64,000 bases of DNA, from contig OZ024748.1 in the NCBI GenBank assembly GCA_964016885.1, positions 14,880,001 to 14,944,000 of the forward strand, in the 5' to 3' direction. The position numbers were made by a program, and so were the translations under genes. The stretch is from Eledone cirrhosa (lineage: Eukaryota). Under the pieces are notes generated by a model. The model did not search any database. It was given only the letters and a program-made list of their open reading frames with translations, and was not told the origin of the DNA. Shown here piece by piece: positions 13,972-28,074 of this stretch. The number at the start of each line of letters is the position of its first letter. The first letter of the stretch is position 1.

Positions 13972-14108
13972 GTTTATCTCGGGTTCAATCAGGGATCACC
14001 ACAGTAAGTAAGGTACTCAATACATAGCAGAGTATAAATATTTAATATAGAAATGGCTTCTACGCGACTAGAACAGCTTCATTTGGGAGAAATCATCAGG
14101 AAGCTTCC
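13972..14108 (-). ncRNA. PLE pLTR remnant with a minimal hammerhead motif
   Basis: Minus strand reads GCTTC-CTGATGA-TTTCTCCCAAAT-GAAG-CTGTTCTAGTCGCG-TA-GAAGC; stem I GCTTC/GAAGC; homologous to 36398-36533. Confidence 0.65.
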
Positions 14109-14206
14109 TTATATGTGTATATATATATATATATATATGCTCATGTAATGTCTATTTTATCAGTTGGAATGGGTAGGACTATGCAAAAAATAATTCTACT
14201 AGTAAT

Positions 14207-14510
14207 AGCCTCTGATTTAGGCACAAGGCCAGCAATTTTTCGGGGGAGGGGAAAGTCGATTAAATCGACCCCAGTGCATGAATGGTACTTTATTTTATCG
14301 ACCCTGTAAGGATGAAAGGCGCAGTTAACCTGGGCAGGATTTGAAATCAGAATGTAATGTTGTCTGATGCTCTATAGATACTGCCATCTCACATACTACA
14401 ACTAATAATAATTGTTTCTACTTTAGGCACAAGGCCAGCAATTACCCAGTACATTACTGGTACTTTATTTTATCAACCCCATAAGGATGAAAGGCAAAGT
14501 TAACCTCGGT
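14207..14510 (-). mobile_element. Two tandem copies of SINE family B (tRNA-like head, Meta-domain-like core, ATT-rich tail)
   Basis: GGCACAAGGCCAGCAATT...GGTACTTTATTTTATCGACCC...GGATGAAAGGCAAAGTTAACC motif, repeated many times in the window. Confidence 0.88.
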
Positions 14511-16046
14511 ACAACTAATAATAATAAAAGCTGAAATTAATGGTGCAAGCAAGATTAATCTGCAACAACTAATCGTATACCATCATGAAACTCTGAGCAC
14601 CAACAAAAACATATGCTTAGTTGTCATGTATTTTAATATAAAGCCCCTCTACATGTATACATTGAATTGCCACACAGTCAGTGGGAACCAAAAACCATGT
14701 GATTATGATACAAACTCCTTAACCACCATGCAGCCATATTTGCACCAATATTTATTTATTCATAGCTTCCCATTTTTATAGTTTCAATCATTCTTTCTAG
14801 ATTTCTATTTTATTTCTTCATAGATTCATGTTATTTATTTTATTATTCTACTATTTTCTTAATTCCGTTTTCTCAGAGAAAATATTGTTCTCTGTAAAAG
14901 ACAGTTTTATATTTATAGGGTGAGATCCATTGACAGTTAAAAGAAAGAACTGGCGAGACAATAGTTTGAGGAAATTGGATACCGAAACAGTATTTAAAAA
15001 GCAACAAAACACTTCACAAAGACAAACAAAAAATGAAAAGAAAAGAAACCCACCCCCAAAAAACTTATGACATGAATTGTTCACAATAATATATTATTAT
15101 TGTTGTTGTTGGTGCAACCATTACTATTATCATTATTGTTATTGTTATTATTATTATTGTTGTTGTTGATGCTATTATCTTTCATGTATTCTTTTTGTGT
15201 GTTAGCAGCAAAGACCATCATCACTATCTGATCTATTGCTAACAATGGTTTAACTGTACTGTGTGTACTACTAGTATTATTAGAAAAGGTAATGCGGTGC
15301 TTTAGAAGAACAAGAAAAAAATAAGAAAAAATAATGGTAAAACGGTAGGGGGAATGAGAAACACAAAAATCACAAAACAGAATAAAAAAAAAGAGTCTGG
15401 GTAGAGGAACTGCCTCTGAAGTGAGAAAGATATATATATATATAGAGAGAGAGAGATATATACACACACACATAAACATACATATGAAGATACAAATATA
15501 TATATACTGTATATATATATATACACACACATACATATTAAGATACAAATATATATATATATATATATACACACATACATATGAAGATACAAATAAATAT
15601 ATATATATATATATACACACACACATGAATCTGTTAGAAGTTATAATATATCTCATAGATTGTTATATATAATTAGTGATGCACAACTGACAAATAGGTT
15701 GAAGATAATCAGCAAATGAGTGAAGTGGCATCGTTAGATTGTCTATTGATAATGATATCATAAAAATTATCCCATGCAGTTGTAGTAGTAGTAGTAGTAA
15801 TAGCAGCGTCGCACTAGAGAGAGAAAGAGATCACTATTTCACACATAGGCATAAAGCTCTCTAAAACAAAACAAAAAAGATTAATTTGTGGAGACAAAAC
15901 AATGATTTTTACACTTCTTATAAAAAAAATTCTTCTTCGTGTTATATATTCCTAGGTGCATTACAGACAACCATATGGAAATTGTGTGTATGCGTGTGTA
16001 TGTTCTGGGTTTGTTATTGTTTCATTTTTCACTAATACAAAGATGT

Positions 16047-16300
16047 AAAGGCGTTTGACTTAGTGGTTAGAGAATTGAATTTGCAGTCATGAGTTTGCGA
16101 GTTTGATTCCCAGAGTGTACAATGAGTTATGGCCTTGAGCAAGACATTTTATTTCATATTGCTCTTTCTGCCAAGATTTGCAACAGGTAAGATATTAACA
16201 GCAATGGAAAGACCAAAGGAAGCAGTGTTTCTTTTGTCCAATTTTACGAGTTCCATCCCACTCAGTAAACAAATGATGTCTGGGATCTTGTCGATTGATT
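16047..16300 (+). mobile_element. SINE family D (shared tRNA/CORE-like head, different body)
   Basis: Head plus CCTTGAGCAAGACA, then AGCAATGGAAAGACCAAAGGAAGCA, also seen near 11370 and 36692. Confidence 0.65.
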
Positions 16301-17059
16301 CCCTAATAGAGATAGAGAGATTGTTTCTAACACAGAAACAAAACATTCTCATTGTAAATTAGACAAGAAATAGATAATTATGTATGTATTGTCTGTATGT
16401 ATTTGTGTAGAATATTTTTTTCCATTCATGGAGCTTATAGTCCTTATTATTTGAGTATTTTCTGTAGTAAAACAAATACGGTAAAAACTTCTACTTCTAA
16501 TTCAATTTTTGCCCACAGACTTCTAAGCACATGAATTTTGTTCACACACATAAAATATATATATATATAAAATTGGATACACACACATTATTTTTTACTG
16601 TACTTAGGGCTGATAAATAAATATATGTGCACAAACGCACACATATATGTAAAATAAAAAGATGTATTATGTCATAAATCTTTACATTATTTCCTAGACC
16701 ACATGTCGATGTGAAAGACAGCAAACTGTAGATAAGACAAAGTTGGTGTCTAACACTAATTTAACTTTACATTCTTCCTCCTACATATTCTGCACCAACA
16801 CATATACCTGTGTGTCAATGTGAGTGTGTGTTATCATCATCATCATCTGTCTAACATCCATTTTTCCATGCTAACATGGGTTGGCATGTGTAATTTTAGC
16901 ATATACACACACACACACATGCATACACGTGTAATATTAGTGTATACATGTGTGTGCATGTATATATATATATATAAATATATATATGTAATTATGCATG
17001 GATACATGTGGGTGTCCTTGTTTATATCCGTGTTTTCTTTTACTTTGTCTATATCTCAT

Positions 17060-17210
17060 AACTTAGCAATTCAACAAAAGGAATTGGATAAAATATGTAA
17101 CAGGCTTCAAAATGTATAGTACTAGTATTGATATAATTTATGGAATCCCTTCAAGGTGGTACCCCAGTATGGCCCAAGTCTCCTGACAAACTATTATAAG
17201 AATAAAGAAG
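17060..17210 (+). mobile_element. Diverged 3' part of a further SINE-like family (G)
   Basis: CTTCAAGGTGGTACCCCAGTATGGCC motif; related segments near 26820-26880, 27240-27350 and 44200-44310, all on +. Confidence 0.55.
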
Positions 17211-18091
17211 TAAACATTTAAATGGCAGACATTCTGAGATTCCAAAGTGTCCTTTATTTATAAAATGAAACAGAAAAAAGAAAATGTATTCGAATATATT
17301 GTGATACAACAAAACATTACTCAAATATGTCTGCATCTAATTTAGATATTAAATAACATGAGGAAAGTATCTTTCTTTGAATTTAACATTTAAATCTAAA
17401 CCCATTTTGCCACATTCCGCTATAATATTCAAAACTATTCACCTCCCAGGGACTGTGGAATTGCTTAAGAGGAGGTTGGCTGATAAAAAGAAGCAAAGCA
17501 TGCGTATGCAAATACATACATACCATGTACATATATATGTGTATATATTAACATATATATGCATGTATATTAGAGGCGTTAAAATACTGAAATACATTTT
17601 ACGCTGTACCTCACTATTATTTTTTCATGGAAAGTTGTTTTTTATGAGGGCAGGGGAGGTCATAAAATCACGCACCCAAATACACACACCCTTTGCCCCA
17701 TGGTTAGGAGGTCCCTGACTGCTCTCACAAATGTTTATTTTTTCACCTTAATTATCTTGGTTCAGAAAATCTACTTGCCATTACTTAGTCTATTTGTCTT
17801 TCATTAATTCTAAGTATTCCTTTCAAAGTATCACCAAACATACCTCCTATGACACATCAGTATACAACTACTACCACAACTACCACTCCACCATATAACT
17901 GGAAGCTCGTGAATAAAAGTAATTTAGCCTTTAGAGTCTTTAGTCACCAATTACACTATACTGTGGGCATAAAATTTATATCTGATACCCCACATATTAA
18001 TATAACATATATAATTGTTTCTACTTCTGGCACATGGCCAATTATCCCAGTGTATTACTGGTACTTTATTTTATCGACCCCGTAAGGATGA

Positions 18092-18490
18092 ATACTACAC
18101 AGATATAATAACCTACAGATAAAATGTTAAACAGATATAATACCCCACAGATATAATACCACACATAATATCCTACAGATATAATACCCCAAAAATATAA
18201 TACCACATAGATATAATACCCTACAGATATATTGTCACAGATATAACACCACACAGATATACCACACATATAAAATACCACACATATATTATGCCCCACA
18301 GATATAACACCACAAAGATATTATATCCTACAGATATAATGTCACATATATAAAACCACACAGATATAATGCCCCACAGATATAATACCACACAGATATA
18401 ATACCACACAGATATCAGACCTTATAGATATAAGACCTTATAGATATAATAACCGATAGATATAATACCCGATAGATATAATACCACACA
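18092..18490. repeat. ~16-18-bp minisatellite (ATACCACACAGATATA)n
   Basis: About 20 diverged units seen directly. Confidence 0.92.
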
Positions 18491-18675
18491 ATGAAAAAAA
18501 TTATATCTGACTCTAAAAAAATCACACAGGAGAAACTTAACCTTTTAGCAACAATACAATATTTCTAATGAAAAACATTCTATTTTAATAAACTAATGAA
18601 GAATTTTCAGAGATTTACTAAAATTATTAACTATGTCATCACTTAAATGGTAACTTACCATATTGTTCTTATATA

Positions 18676-18815
18676 TAATTATTGTTTCTACGTTAGGCAC
18701 AAGGCCCGCAAATACTCAGTGTATTACTGGTACTTTATTTTATCGACCCCGTAAGGATGAAAGGCAAAGTTAACCTCGTCGAGATTTGAACTCAGATTGG
18801 CAAGGGCCGTAACTT
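18676..18815 (-). mobile_element. SINE family B fragment
   Basis: Matches 51031-51222; another fragment at 18012-18092. Confidence 0.85.
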
Positions 18816-21059
18816 ATATATAATTATGTTCTTATATATAATTACGTTGGAAGATTTTAATTTAAATAAGAACCCTTTAATATGAGTGGTTTTGTTTCAC
18901 AGAACAAGTAGTAACCAACTAAAGGGCTAAGCATCTATAGAACCCCTGGCTAAAGATTCATTTTGATATGATATATGACATGATACCTCGGCTCCCACGT
19001 GGCTCAGTATGGCCAGAGATAGGAAGCAGTGGAAGTCAACCAGAGAGGGGTTCCTCCAACAGGGGTGGGAAGGCTCTAGATTTGGGTTGTAGTAAAATAA
19101 AAAAATTTGTTTATATTCCTTTAATTCTTGTGGGGTCCCTGACAACAGCTTAAACAGACACACCCCTATCTATCATTGCCACCACATTTCTAAACAAAGT
19201 GAAAGTGTTGAAGTAAAGATAATTTAGTATTTAGTCATTAACTACACTATATCATGGGGAAATGGAGAAGGGGTTGATTAGATTTAGATCTGATGCTAAA
19301 ATAATGGTAGTCTTTCATTTATACATTTTTATAAAAATAATTTCTAATATAACCACCCACCCACATACACACAATATATATATATATACACACACACACA
19401 CAAATATATAATTACCTACAGTGACAATATATATATATACATGTATGTATGTATATATATATTTATATATATATATATATACAGATACATACACACAAAT
19501 ATATAATTACCCACAGACATAATATATATATATATATATATATATGTGTATATAAAAATACATAATTACACACTCACACAATATATTAGTCCACACACAA
19601 TATATGATATATGTGTTTCTACAATAAATATCAGACATAAAAAAAGCCCACACAACAACAGTCCCTGTCTACCCACCACCTCTACCACCAAAATGCAAGG
19701 AATTAGTCTTAAAAAGTAACTAAGTAACATTTGCTATGTTAATGGCTAAAGCGTCATTAATAGAGTTTATGCAACTCTTAACCAAAAAGCAAAAACACAA
19801 TCACACCGAACAACAAGATGGCAGCATGCCAACTGCATTTTTTGCCTCTAAGCAAACAAATATTCAGCTATCATGTTTCAATATCCTTCAATTCTAGCTC
19901 ATAAGTGGATCTATGTTTAAACATACTTGACATATTCTCTCTCTCTCTCTGCAATCATATTGGCTTTCAGCTAGTTTAGACTAAGGATCAACATACACCA
20001 TACATCATATGACTCTTGGTGTGATGGTGCGATTATGTGTGTGATGGTGTGACACTGTGTGTGTAGTGGTCTGATTTTATGTGTGTGGAGATATGACAGT
20101 TTACCAGTGTGTAACTGTATGCCTGGCTTCAATGCACGAGCAAATATGCACTGTTACACACACACACATACACACTTACACATATATATTGAAGCTCTGC
20201 TTGAGTACTGACCAGTGTGTAATTACAGCACAAACCTTGCTAGCAGGGAAAGCAGACATTACAATGGCGATATGTATGTATATATTATATATATGTATAT
20301 ATATACGTAAACATTGTAAACCAATTCCCCTTTCTATTGCAATAAGATTTGAAGAATTTCTTCTTCATTGAAACTAAATTAAAATTAGAAAATGAGGAAA
20401 TTTGTTTCTTAATTCAAAAGGAAAGGAGTTTTACATTATCTCAATTCTATGTTTCTGTACAAACATTAATAATCTAACGAGAAATCAACTAATTATATGA
20501 AAAGAAATATATCAATTAAAGAAATAAAATTAAATTTACTTCATCTATTCTGCCTCTCCCTTCCACCGCTTCAGTATTTCATTATTTGAAAAATTACACA
20601 TCTGAAAAACCTACACATAATTAATTTGAATTCTTTTCTTCCACTTCAAATAAACCTTCATTAAATTCTATAAAAACAAGAATGATTTGTAATTTAGGAA
20701 CAAGGCCCGCAATTTGGAGAAGAAAGTCACAGTTGATTATATTGATCTCTAGCCCATAGCTGGTACTTTATTGTAATGACCCCTAGAAGGATGAAAGCAG
20801 CACAATTGAGCTTCTCATTTAGAATGTAAAGAAGAACAATTTCCACATGCTCTAACAATTCTGCCAATCTACCAACCTTGAAAACAATAGAACCTGGCTG
20901 ACAATTGTTGCTGTTGTTGTTGTTACTGCTTAATCCAAAATTAATCCTGGTGTGACATATATCATCAAAGACATTCTAGTCAGGACCAACCTGTCTTATT
21001 TAAGCTGCTTGTAAGACTACATTATCTAATTCATTCTTCCTAAATTTTCTAAACCTCAT

Positions 21060-21545
21060 TTAACAATACAAAAGACTCTTTGTTTTAAGATGTTTATATT
21101 TATATAAAAACCTTAAAACCTTCCATCATAATTTTATAAATTATACCCCAGACGCCAACTTAAAGAGAATGGTATTATAAAATGTCTCCAAATTCTTTAT
21201 TATTTTCAAATTTATTTGAAAATCATACATGGTGTCTTTCATTAGTAATAAGGTAACAAATGTGTAACAATGTTTATATTTACCCCAAAAAATTCGATCA
21301 TAAGTTTATGAGAAATTTTTATAAAGATTTGTTCTAAACAACACTTAAATGATGACAAAATCAGTTACATTACTAAATCACACAAAATTTTTAAAGTGAT
21401 TTGAAAATAAATACATAGCATTTTTTCTTTAGAAATATAATAGTGAAATTGCTTAAGTGTTTATCTTTATGTAAAACCTTCCAGCATAATATTATGTAAG
21501 AACATTTGTTAAGTTATGTTCCAAATACCAGCTTAATAATGAGGA
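21060..21545 (+). mobile_element. Tandem degenerate copies of an AT-rich piggyBac-like MITE
   Basis: Repeated motifs ACCAGCTTAATAATGAG, AAATTCTTxATTATTTTCAAA and GTGTCTTTCATTAG shared with 50595-50831. Confidence 0.6.
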
Positions 21546-21565
21546 AATTAGTCATGTTCTTCATT

Positions 21566-21876
21566 CATCATCATTTAACGTCCATTTTTCCACATTAGCA
21601 TGGGTTAGACAAGTCAGATCAGATTATTGTGTGTTGTTCATACAGAACTGTCCCTCGCTTAGTTTCTATGGTTGGATACACTTCCTAAAACCAACCACAT
21701 TTACAGCGTAAACTGGATGCTTTTTTATCATGGCACCAGAATGACCACTTTGCAGTGTGGACAGGGTCCTTTTTATCATGGCACCAAAACGACCACTCTA
21801 ACGTGTGGACTAGGTGCTTTTTATCATGGCATGAAAATAACCACTCTACAGTGTGGACTGGGAGCTTTTTTGTGTC
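21566..21876 (-). mobile_element. Diverged RTE-tailed SINE with about 4 tandem internal ~47-bp units
   Basis: (CAT)n plus TTAACGTCCATTTTTCCA tail; units like ACCACTTTGCAGTGTGGACAGGGTCCTTTTTATCATGGCACC. Confidence 0.8.
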
Positions 21877-22460
21877 AATAATTTGAAAAATCATAGACTG
21901 TGTCTTTCATTATAAATATGGTAAGGAAAAAGTTAATAAGAAGAAGGATGGCTGAAGGTGAATATAAATATCAACAAATAGACAACAAAGCTGAGATTCA
22001 AAAGATATTTCTTGCATTGTAGTAGTGGACCAAATACTAACTGATAACTACAATAACAACCAAGATGATGATAATGATGATGGTGATGATGATGATGATA
22101 ATAATAATAATAATATGTTATGTTCCTCCAATTTAAAGAGCTCTATGTAACAATGTAGCAATTCCTTCAAGGAAGAATTCCTGCTGAGTAAGAAATGAAA
22201 TTAGGAATTAACTGCTGTGTTCAGAAAATAATATATAAATATAATATATATATATATACAAATATATATACACATACACATATATATAAATATGTATATA
22301 TATATATATATATATATGAAAAGGGGGTAAGTTTGTAGAAAAAAACAGAGGTTATAGAAAAAAGGTAAATAAATATATATATATATACACATGTATATAT
22401 TATATACTCATACATATATGTATAGCAGACAGACAAAAGGGGTGTATAGTTATCATTACA

Positions 22461-22548
<88 letters not shown>

Positions 22549-23149
22549 GTGTGAAAAATGTTGCCTCTCATCCTTCTGAAATTGATAGAGTAAAGTATCA
22601 CTAAAGAATTAGAATTTATATATAAGTATTCCCCTCTACATAAAACTGCAGGATTTTTGCCTAAAATTAAAATCATTATGTGTCACTTTGAAAGGTGTGG
22701 CATATAAAAGTTAGCTTGTTGAAAGATTTGTGAGAATGGTGAACATGACCTGAGCAAATGGGGCTGCTCTGATTATACAGCTCTAGAAAAGAGGAGGACA
22801 ACTGCAATAGTGGACTTGCCCCAATGGTCATGGTGAAGATTTCTTTTTGTGTGCTTTCTCCACAAGTGACCTCGGAGATCTTCCTCCCCTATTGGGAATT
22901 TGTTTTGTTTGTTTTGTTAATATAAAAAAAAAAATGTTATAACTTTTTTTATGCACGAAAATCGACACTATCGTCCTGTCCTATTTTTATTGTTTCCATA
23001 ATGTGTGCGGCTAATAAAGAACTTACTATTAATATTATTATTATCACCATCACCTTGAACTGAACACCAATAAACTGAGGTGAATTTTTGGCAAGTTCAA
23101 CTATGACAGATATAATTAACATAGTAGTGTATCCAGTAATAACCTTGGA

Positions 23150-23207
<58 letters not shown>

Positions 23208-23454
23208 ACGTGAGCTTCCACGTATATAAATGTAAGCACCCATGAACGTATAAATAAATGCCAAGAATTTAACTCGTATTCAACATAATCGAAATTGGTG
23301 ACTCAAAGTAAGATTAACTATGTAAAATATATTTGGTATAAATGTACTTTTGTAGAGGTAAATCAACACACACACATACAAATAAATTCACTTCATATTT
23401 GTTTCTAGATGTCAAACCATACATGTCGATGTGTGTGTTGATGTATGTGTGTGC

Positions 23455-23490
<36 letters not shown>

Positions 23491-23585
23491 ATGTGTGCAT
23501 GTAATGAAGTAGGAGGCAATGATTCTATATATTATTAAATTCACTTTACATTTATCATTTATTCCTAGATGTGAAAAGCAGTTTA

Positions 23586-24702
23586 TCTATATATATAAAA
23601 CTGAGGTTGTCTGTCTGTCTGTCTACTAAAACCGTCGGCACACATCTCCTCCTAAATCGTACGTCCAAATTTCGGTGAAATTGCTACACTCATAGATGAA
23701 GGTCTGGCGGAGACATCGGTCAAAAACATTTTCAAATCGACCCACGCCAAGTGCAAAAATCGAATTTGTAATGTATTGATTTTTCAGTTCAAATGTATAG
23801 AGGTGAGAGACGAGTTATTTCCCTTTTATGGCGTCATTTGCTTATCTATTTATGTTACGTATAAACGACGCGGTGGACCGAGAAGAGCAATTTCATGCAA
23901 AGACAAGACCAAGTTTATGGTGTAAATGGAGTCGTTAGACTAATATTCTATTTAAAATAACAGAATGATTTCCAGCCCCGGAGTTTAAGAATGATGTAAA
24001 TAAATTTGTAAACGAAAATGACAGGTTATTAAAATAGTTGTTTCTACTTTTGGCACAAGGCCAGCAATTACTCAGTACATTACTGGTACTTTATTTTATC
24101 GATCCCGTAAGGATGAAAGGCAAAGTTAACATCGACGGGATTTTAACTTTGCCTTAACATAGTAAAAGTAAATAGTGAAGATTTATGCCAGTACATACGT
24201 ATGCGCCGACGAACATACACATACATACGCACACACAAATACATACACACACACGTGCGCGTGTGTGTGTGTAAACTTTATGCATTTCTACAGTATTTTC
24301 ACCAAACTTAAGACATAGGTTACTTATGTACTCAGGATGGTCATGGGCACTTTCATTTTTCCAGATATTGATTATAGGGCCTCCCGGCGGATAACCCCCT
24401 TTAACCACTTCCTTGGAGTCGACTGAAGCACTGCAGTGCAATGCAAAAAAACGTCATAACTTCTGGAGTTCGCAACCGATTTTCACAAAACTTGACACAT
24501 GAGCTACGTTTGTACTACAGATAAATGTGAACACTCAGAATTGGCACATATTGAGTAGAGGACCCTGGGGGCAGGAACCCCCTTTTGGAAAAAGCGGATG
24601 ATTTTGTAAAAGTATAGTTTTCGAAGCAGCACTGAAGTATTGACATAAATGGTATACATAACTGCTATTTAATACCCGAGCAAAGCCAGGTACCTCTGCT
24701 AG
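23586..24702 (+). mobile_element. Non-autonomous Helitron
   Basis: Inserted between A23585 and T24703 with no TSD; 5' TCTATATATATAAAA and (CTGT)n; imperfect subterminal hairpin ACCCGAGCAAAGCCAGGT (24674-24691); 3' CTAG; CpG-richer than its flanks; contains a nested SINE B at 24035-24150. Confidence 0.85.
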
Positions 24703-26272
24703 TGTATATATATAATTGCATACACACACATATATATATGCATACAGACATGCATGTATATATATATATACATACATATACAGTGATGTAGACATATTTA
24801 TGTAGCATCATATGTGTTTCTGTGTGTAGCTCTGTGAGTGTTTGTTTGAGTGTGCATGTTTGTAGGATGTGAGGTTAATTTTATGGATAAACGATCACAT
24901 TTATTGTTAGTTCAAATTTAACAAGAGGCATTGCTTTATTCAACACTTATTAACATATATATATATCGGTCTATGAGACTGATAAAATACTAATTTCCCT
25001 CACTCCAATGTGGTTGGCTCATAATCATAAGGTCATGCGTTTGTTTGAATCTTATCCTTGAGCAAGACATTTCACTTCATGTTACTCCAGTCCATGTATC
25101 TTTAATTTAAAAGACAAGCCTATTTACATAATGTATTATACCAAATCTCTCAAAATTCAGATAATAGTACATGGCTGTGGAACATTCAGCCATTGGCACT
25201 TTAAATATTGGGCAGGTTGCTATGTTCTAAAAACCACAGATAAGTTACAAATAATTCTTTGCATGCTTCAAGCTGGTAAAATATATATGCTAAAATTTTG
25301 ACTACAAATTAGTCAGGAACCTCAGTGAACCAACATTGTCTGAAATTTAAACTTAAAAAATAAAAAAACATATCTTAAGGGACAGTCATGGTTCTAACTG
25401 ATTAGATGGAGAAGACATCACCCTGGACAATGTCAGGGTAAATCTGCTGGAACAATCTCTCCACTTTGTGGGGCTCGCACTTGTGTGTAGTAGCTAGCTC
25501 CACTCTAGAAGCAGGGAGCAGGGATGTGGTCAATGGACCAAGAATGCTGGAAGTTTCCCCGTGTCACAGTCTCAACCACAAACCTATCAGAGTGTGGCTG
25601 ATACTTGGACAGTTTGCTCTCTTTGGACTGCTGGGCAGCAAGTCCTAGCAAGTGGAACACTCATGTGGGAATACTAAACATGAAGAAGGTAATCCAGCTG
25701 TAAAAGTTAATAAAAACCATCCCACTAATAACTAAAGTAAAAATCACCAATACAAGTGAAAAAAAAAAAAATTATCCTATCAATAGAAACAAATAAACAA
25801 AAACATACATATTAAAATAAATATAAAATTTCATGTTTACCCTGAATTCAATTTAAAAAAAGGAGGGAAAAGAAGGAAGTGTGTAAACTATTAAACTAGT
25901 GAAATATTAATAACATATTCTGGTTCATTATTGACGAGTAGGAAAATATTTAAAGAGATGTGAACTGTAGGAGGTGTGATTACTGTCTATTTGAGATATT
26001 AGAAATTAGTTTTACAAATACTGCACCTAGATAGACATGCATTAAATGATATTTACTCAGGATGTACACACAGATAGAAAAACAATTTATAATTTATCAC
26101 ATACTACAGCTACCATAATCATCATCATCATCCAAGCAATATGATAGATGTGTGGGTGAGTGTATGTGTATATATATATATATAAATATATGTATGTGTG
26201 TGTGTGTGTGTGTGTGAGTATATATATATATATATATACATACATATATATGTATATACATATGAATATATA

Positions 26273-26318
<46 letters not shown>

Positions 26319-26324
26319 CATACA

Positions 26325-26365
26325 TGAAAAGGCTTGCTGAACACATAAGCTGAAACCGTCTAGCA
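26325..26365 (+). ncRNA. Possible truncated hammerhead remnant with an A8 core
   Basis: TGAAAA-GGCTT...AAGCT-GAAA-CCG-TC; the 5' end runs into a microsatellite, so position 3 and stem I cannot be read. Confidence 0.35.
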
Positions 26366-26432
26366 TTGGTGTCGAGATTTCACATATCTATATTATATAT
26401 ATATCATATATTATAAATATATAATATATATT

Positions 26433-26467
<35 letters not shown>

Positions 26468-26569
26468 CATATATTATGTATATTATAAATATATAATATA
26501 TAATATATATAATTATATATCATATATATATAATATATATTTTATATAAAAATAATATTATTATTATTG

Positions 26570-26720
26570 ATGAGGTTAACTTTTCCTTTCATCCTTACGG
26601 AGTTGATAAAATAAAGTACCAGTCACACCCTGGGGTCGATTTAAACGACTTTCCCCTCCCTCAAAATTGCTGGCCTTGTGCCTATATAAGAAACCATTAT
26701 TATTATTATTATTATTATTC
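26570..26720 (+). mobile_element. SINE family B fragment (rare + orientation)
   Basis: GGTTAACTTTTCCTTTCATCCTTACGG...GCTGGCCTTGTGCC followed by (ATT)n. Confidence 0.88.
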
Positions 26721-27925
26721 CATTTTTAAGCCTAACTTAACTAGCAACTACACAACCAATCATTTTCTCCATATATTTTATATATATACAGTATATATAT
26801 ATATATATATATATACATATGTTTGTCTAAACTCCTTCAAGTTAGTGCCACAGCATGGCCACATTCTGAAACCATTAAAAAGAAGGTAACATATGAGAAG
26901 AGAAGACAAAAAATAAAAGAGGTAAACAATAAGTTATATACTTACAAACTAGTGTATACTTATTCGTAAAACATAATCTTAGAAATATGCCAATATCTAT
27001 ACATATATATATGACATATCAAATAAATGTTTTCTCATGTATATTTTCCAAGGGAGCAATTACAATATAGTTGTTCCCTGTTGTAGTAGACAGAAGGATT
27101 TTGAAGTTTCACAAATATTTTAGCAGTTATGATAATAAAGTAGAGTAAAAATAAAACAATAAAATAGAATAAATAGAATTTTTAAAATAGGCTTGAATGT
27201 AATATGTGTTTGTATATGTGTTTCTGCCCTATAATATAGCAGTCCACAACAAAAAGATTGATAAAATTAATACTTGGATCAATGTGATCGACTAATTCGA
27301 GGCTGAGACCCAGCTTGACCAAAATCTAAGAAAGCACCAAAAAATATAATAAATCAATAAATAAATAAATAGGGGTGGGGTCTGAAGAAAATTAATAGAA
27401 AATAAATGTATGACTATATCTCTAAAGTTTATGAAATAAAACTTAACAAAAACAACAAGGTAAGTAACTTAATCCCTTTTTATAAAAAATAAATAGAAAA
27501 AAATGGCATATTTTTATTTATTTTTTTTTGTTTTTAGTCTGACACTCCCATCATCATCTCCTCCCTCTGTCCCTAGTGCCAACAACATCTACCAACCGAT
27601 ATATTGCGATGATATTGCAATGATACTGCGTAATAATCCTTCTCCCATGACCACACCTCTGCTATTATCTACTCTTATCATCCAGAAGTTCTCCATTTTC
27701 CTTTTCCTCCCACAGTCGTAAATCTGAGGAGGAAGGCAGGCAGCCAGTATCTGTTAGTATATTCTACTACCAAAAACACTGTGAATCCCATCAGAATAGT
27801 TTTAACTTTCTCTCTGCAATTCTGCTCACACAGATATGTTTGTAAGAAGATGAAAGAAATTTTACCCTCTGTTTTTATATCTTATATTCATCGTTTATCT
27901 AGACAAATTATATCATCATAATTTT

Positions 27926-28074
27926 ATCATCATCATCATCATTTTACGTCCGCTTTTCCCTGCTTGCAAGAGTGGGACGGGTCTTATTCAGCACAGCATC
28001 TCTCCACTTGTCACGGTCCTTCGTCATCTCCACCGTGAGCTTCAGCGATCTGAGGTCTGTTCTCACCACCTCCG
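27926..28074 (-). mobile_element. RTE LINE (family 2) extreme 3' end
   Basis: Minus-strand translation AEVVRTDLRSLKLTVEMTKDRDKWRDAVLNKTRPTLASREKRT* followed by (ATG)n. Confidence 0.88.

Noticed and set aside
18985-19050. HDV-like loop GCT-CCCACGT-GGC
   Set aside because: No convincing P1 or P2 partners.
27690-27760. Possible + strand micro-exon after TTCCTTTTCCTCCCACAG
   Set aside because: Splice-like signals only; no recognisable peptide or partner exon.
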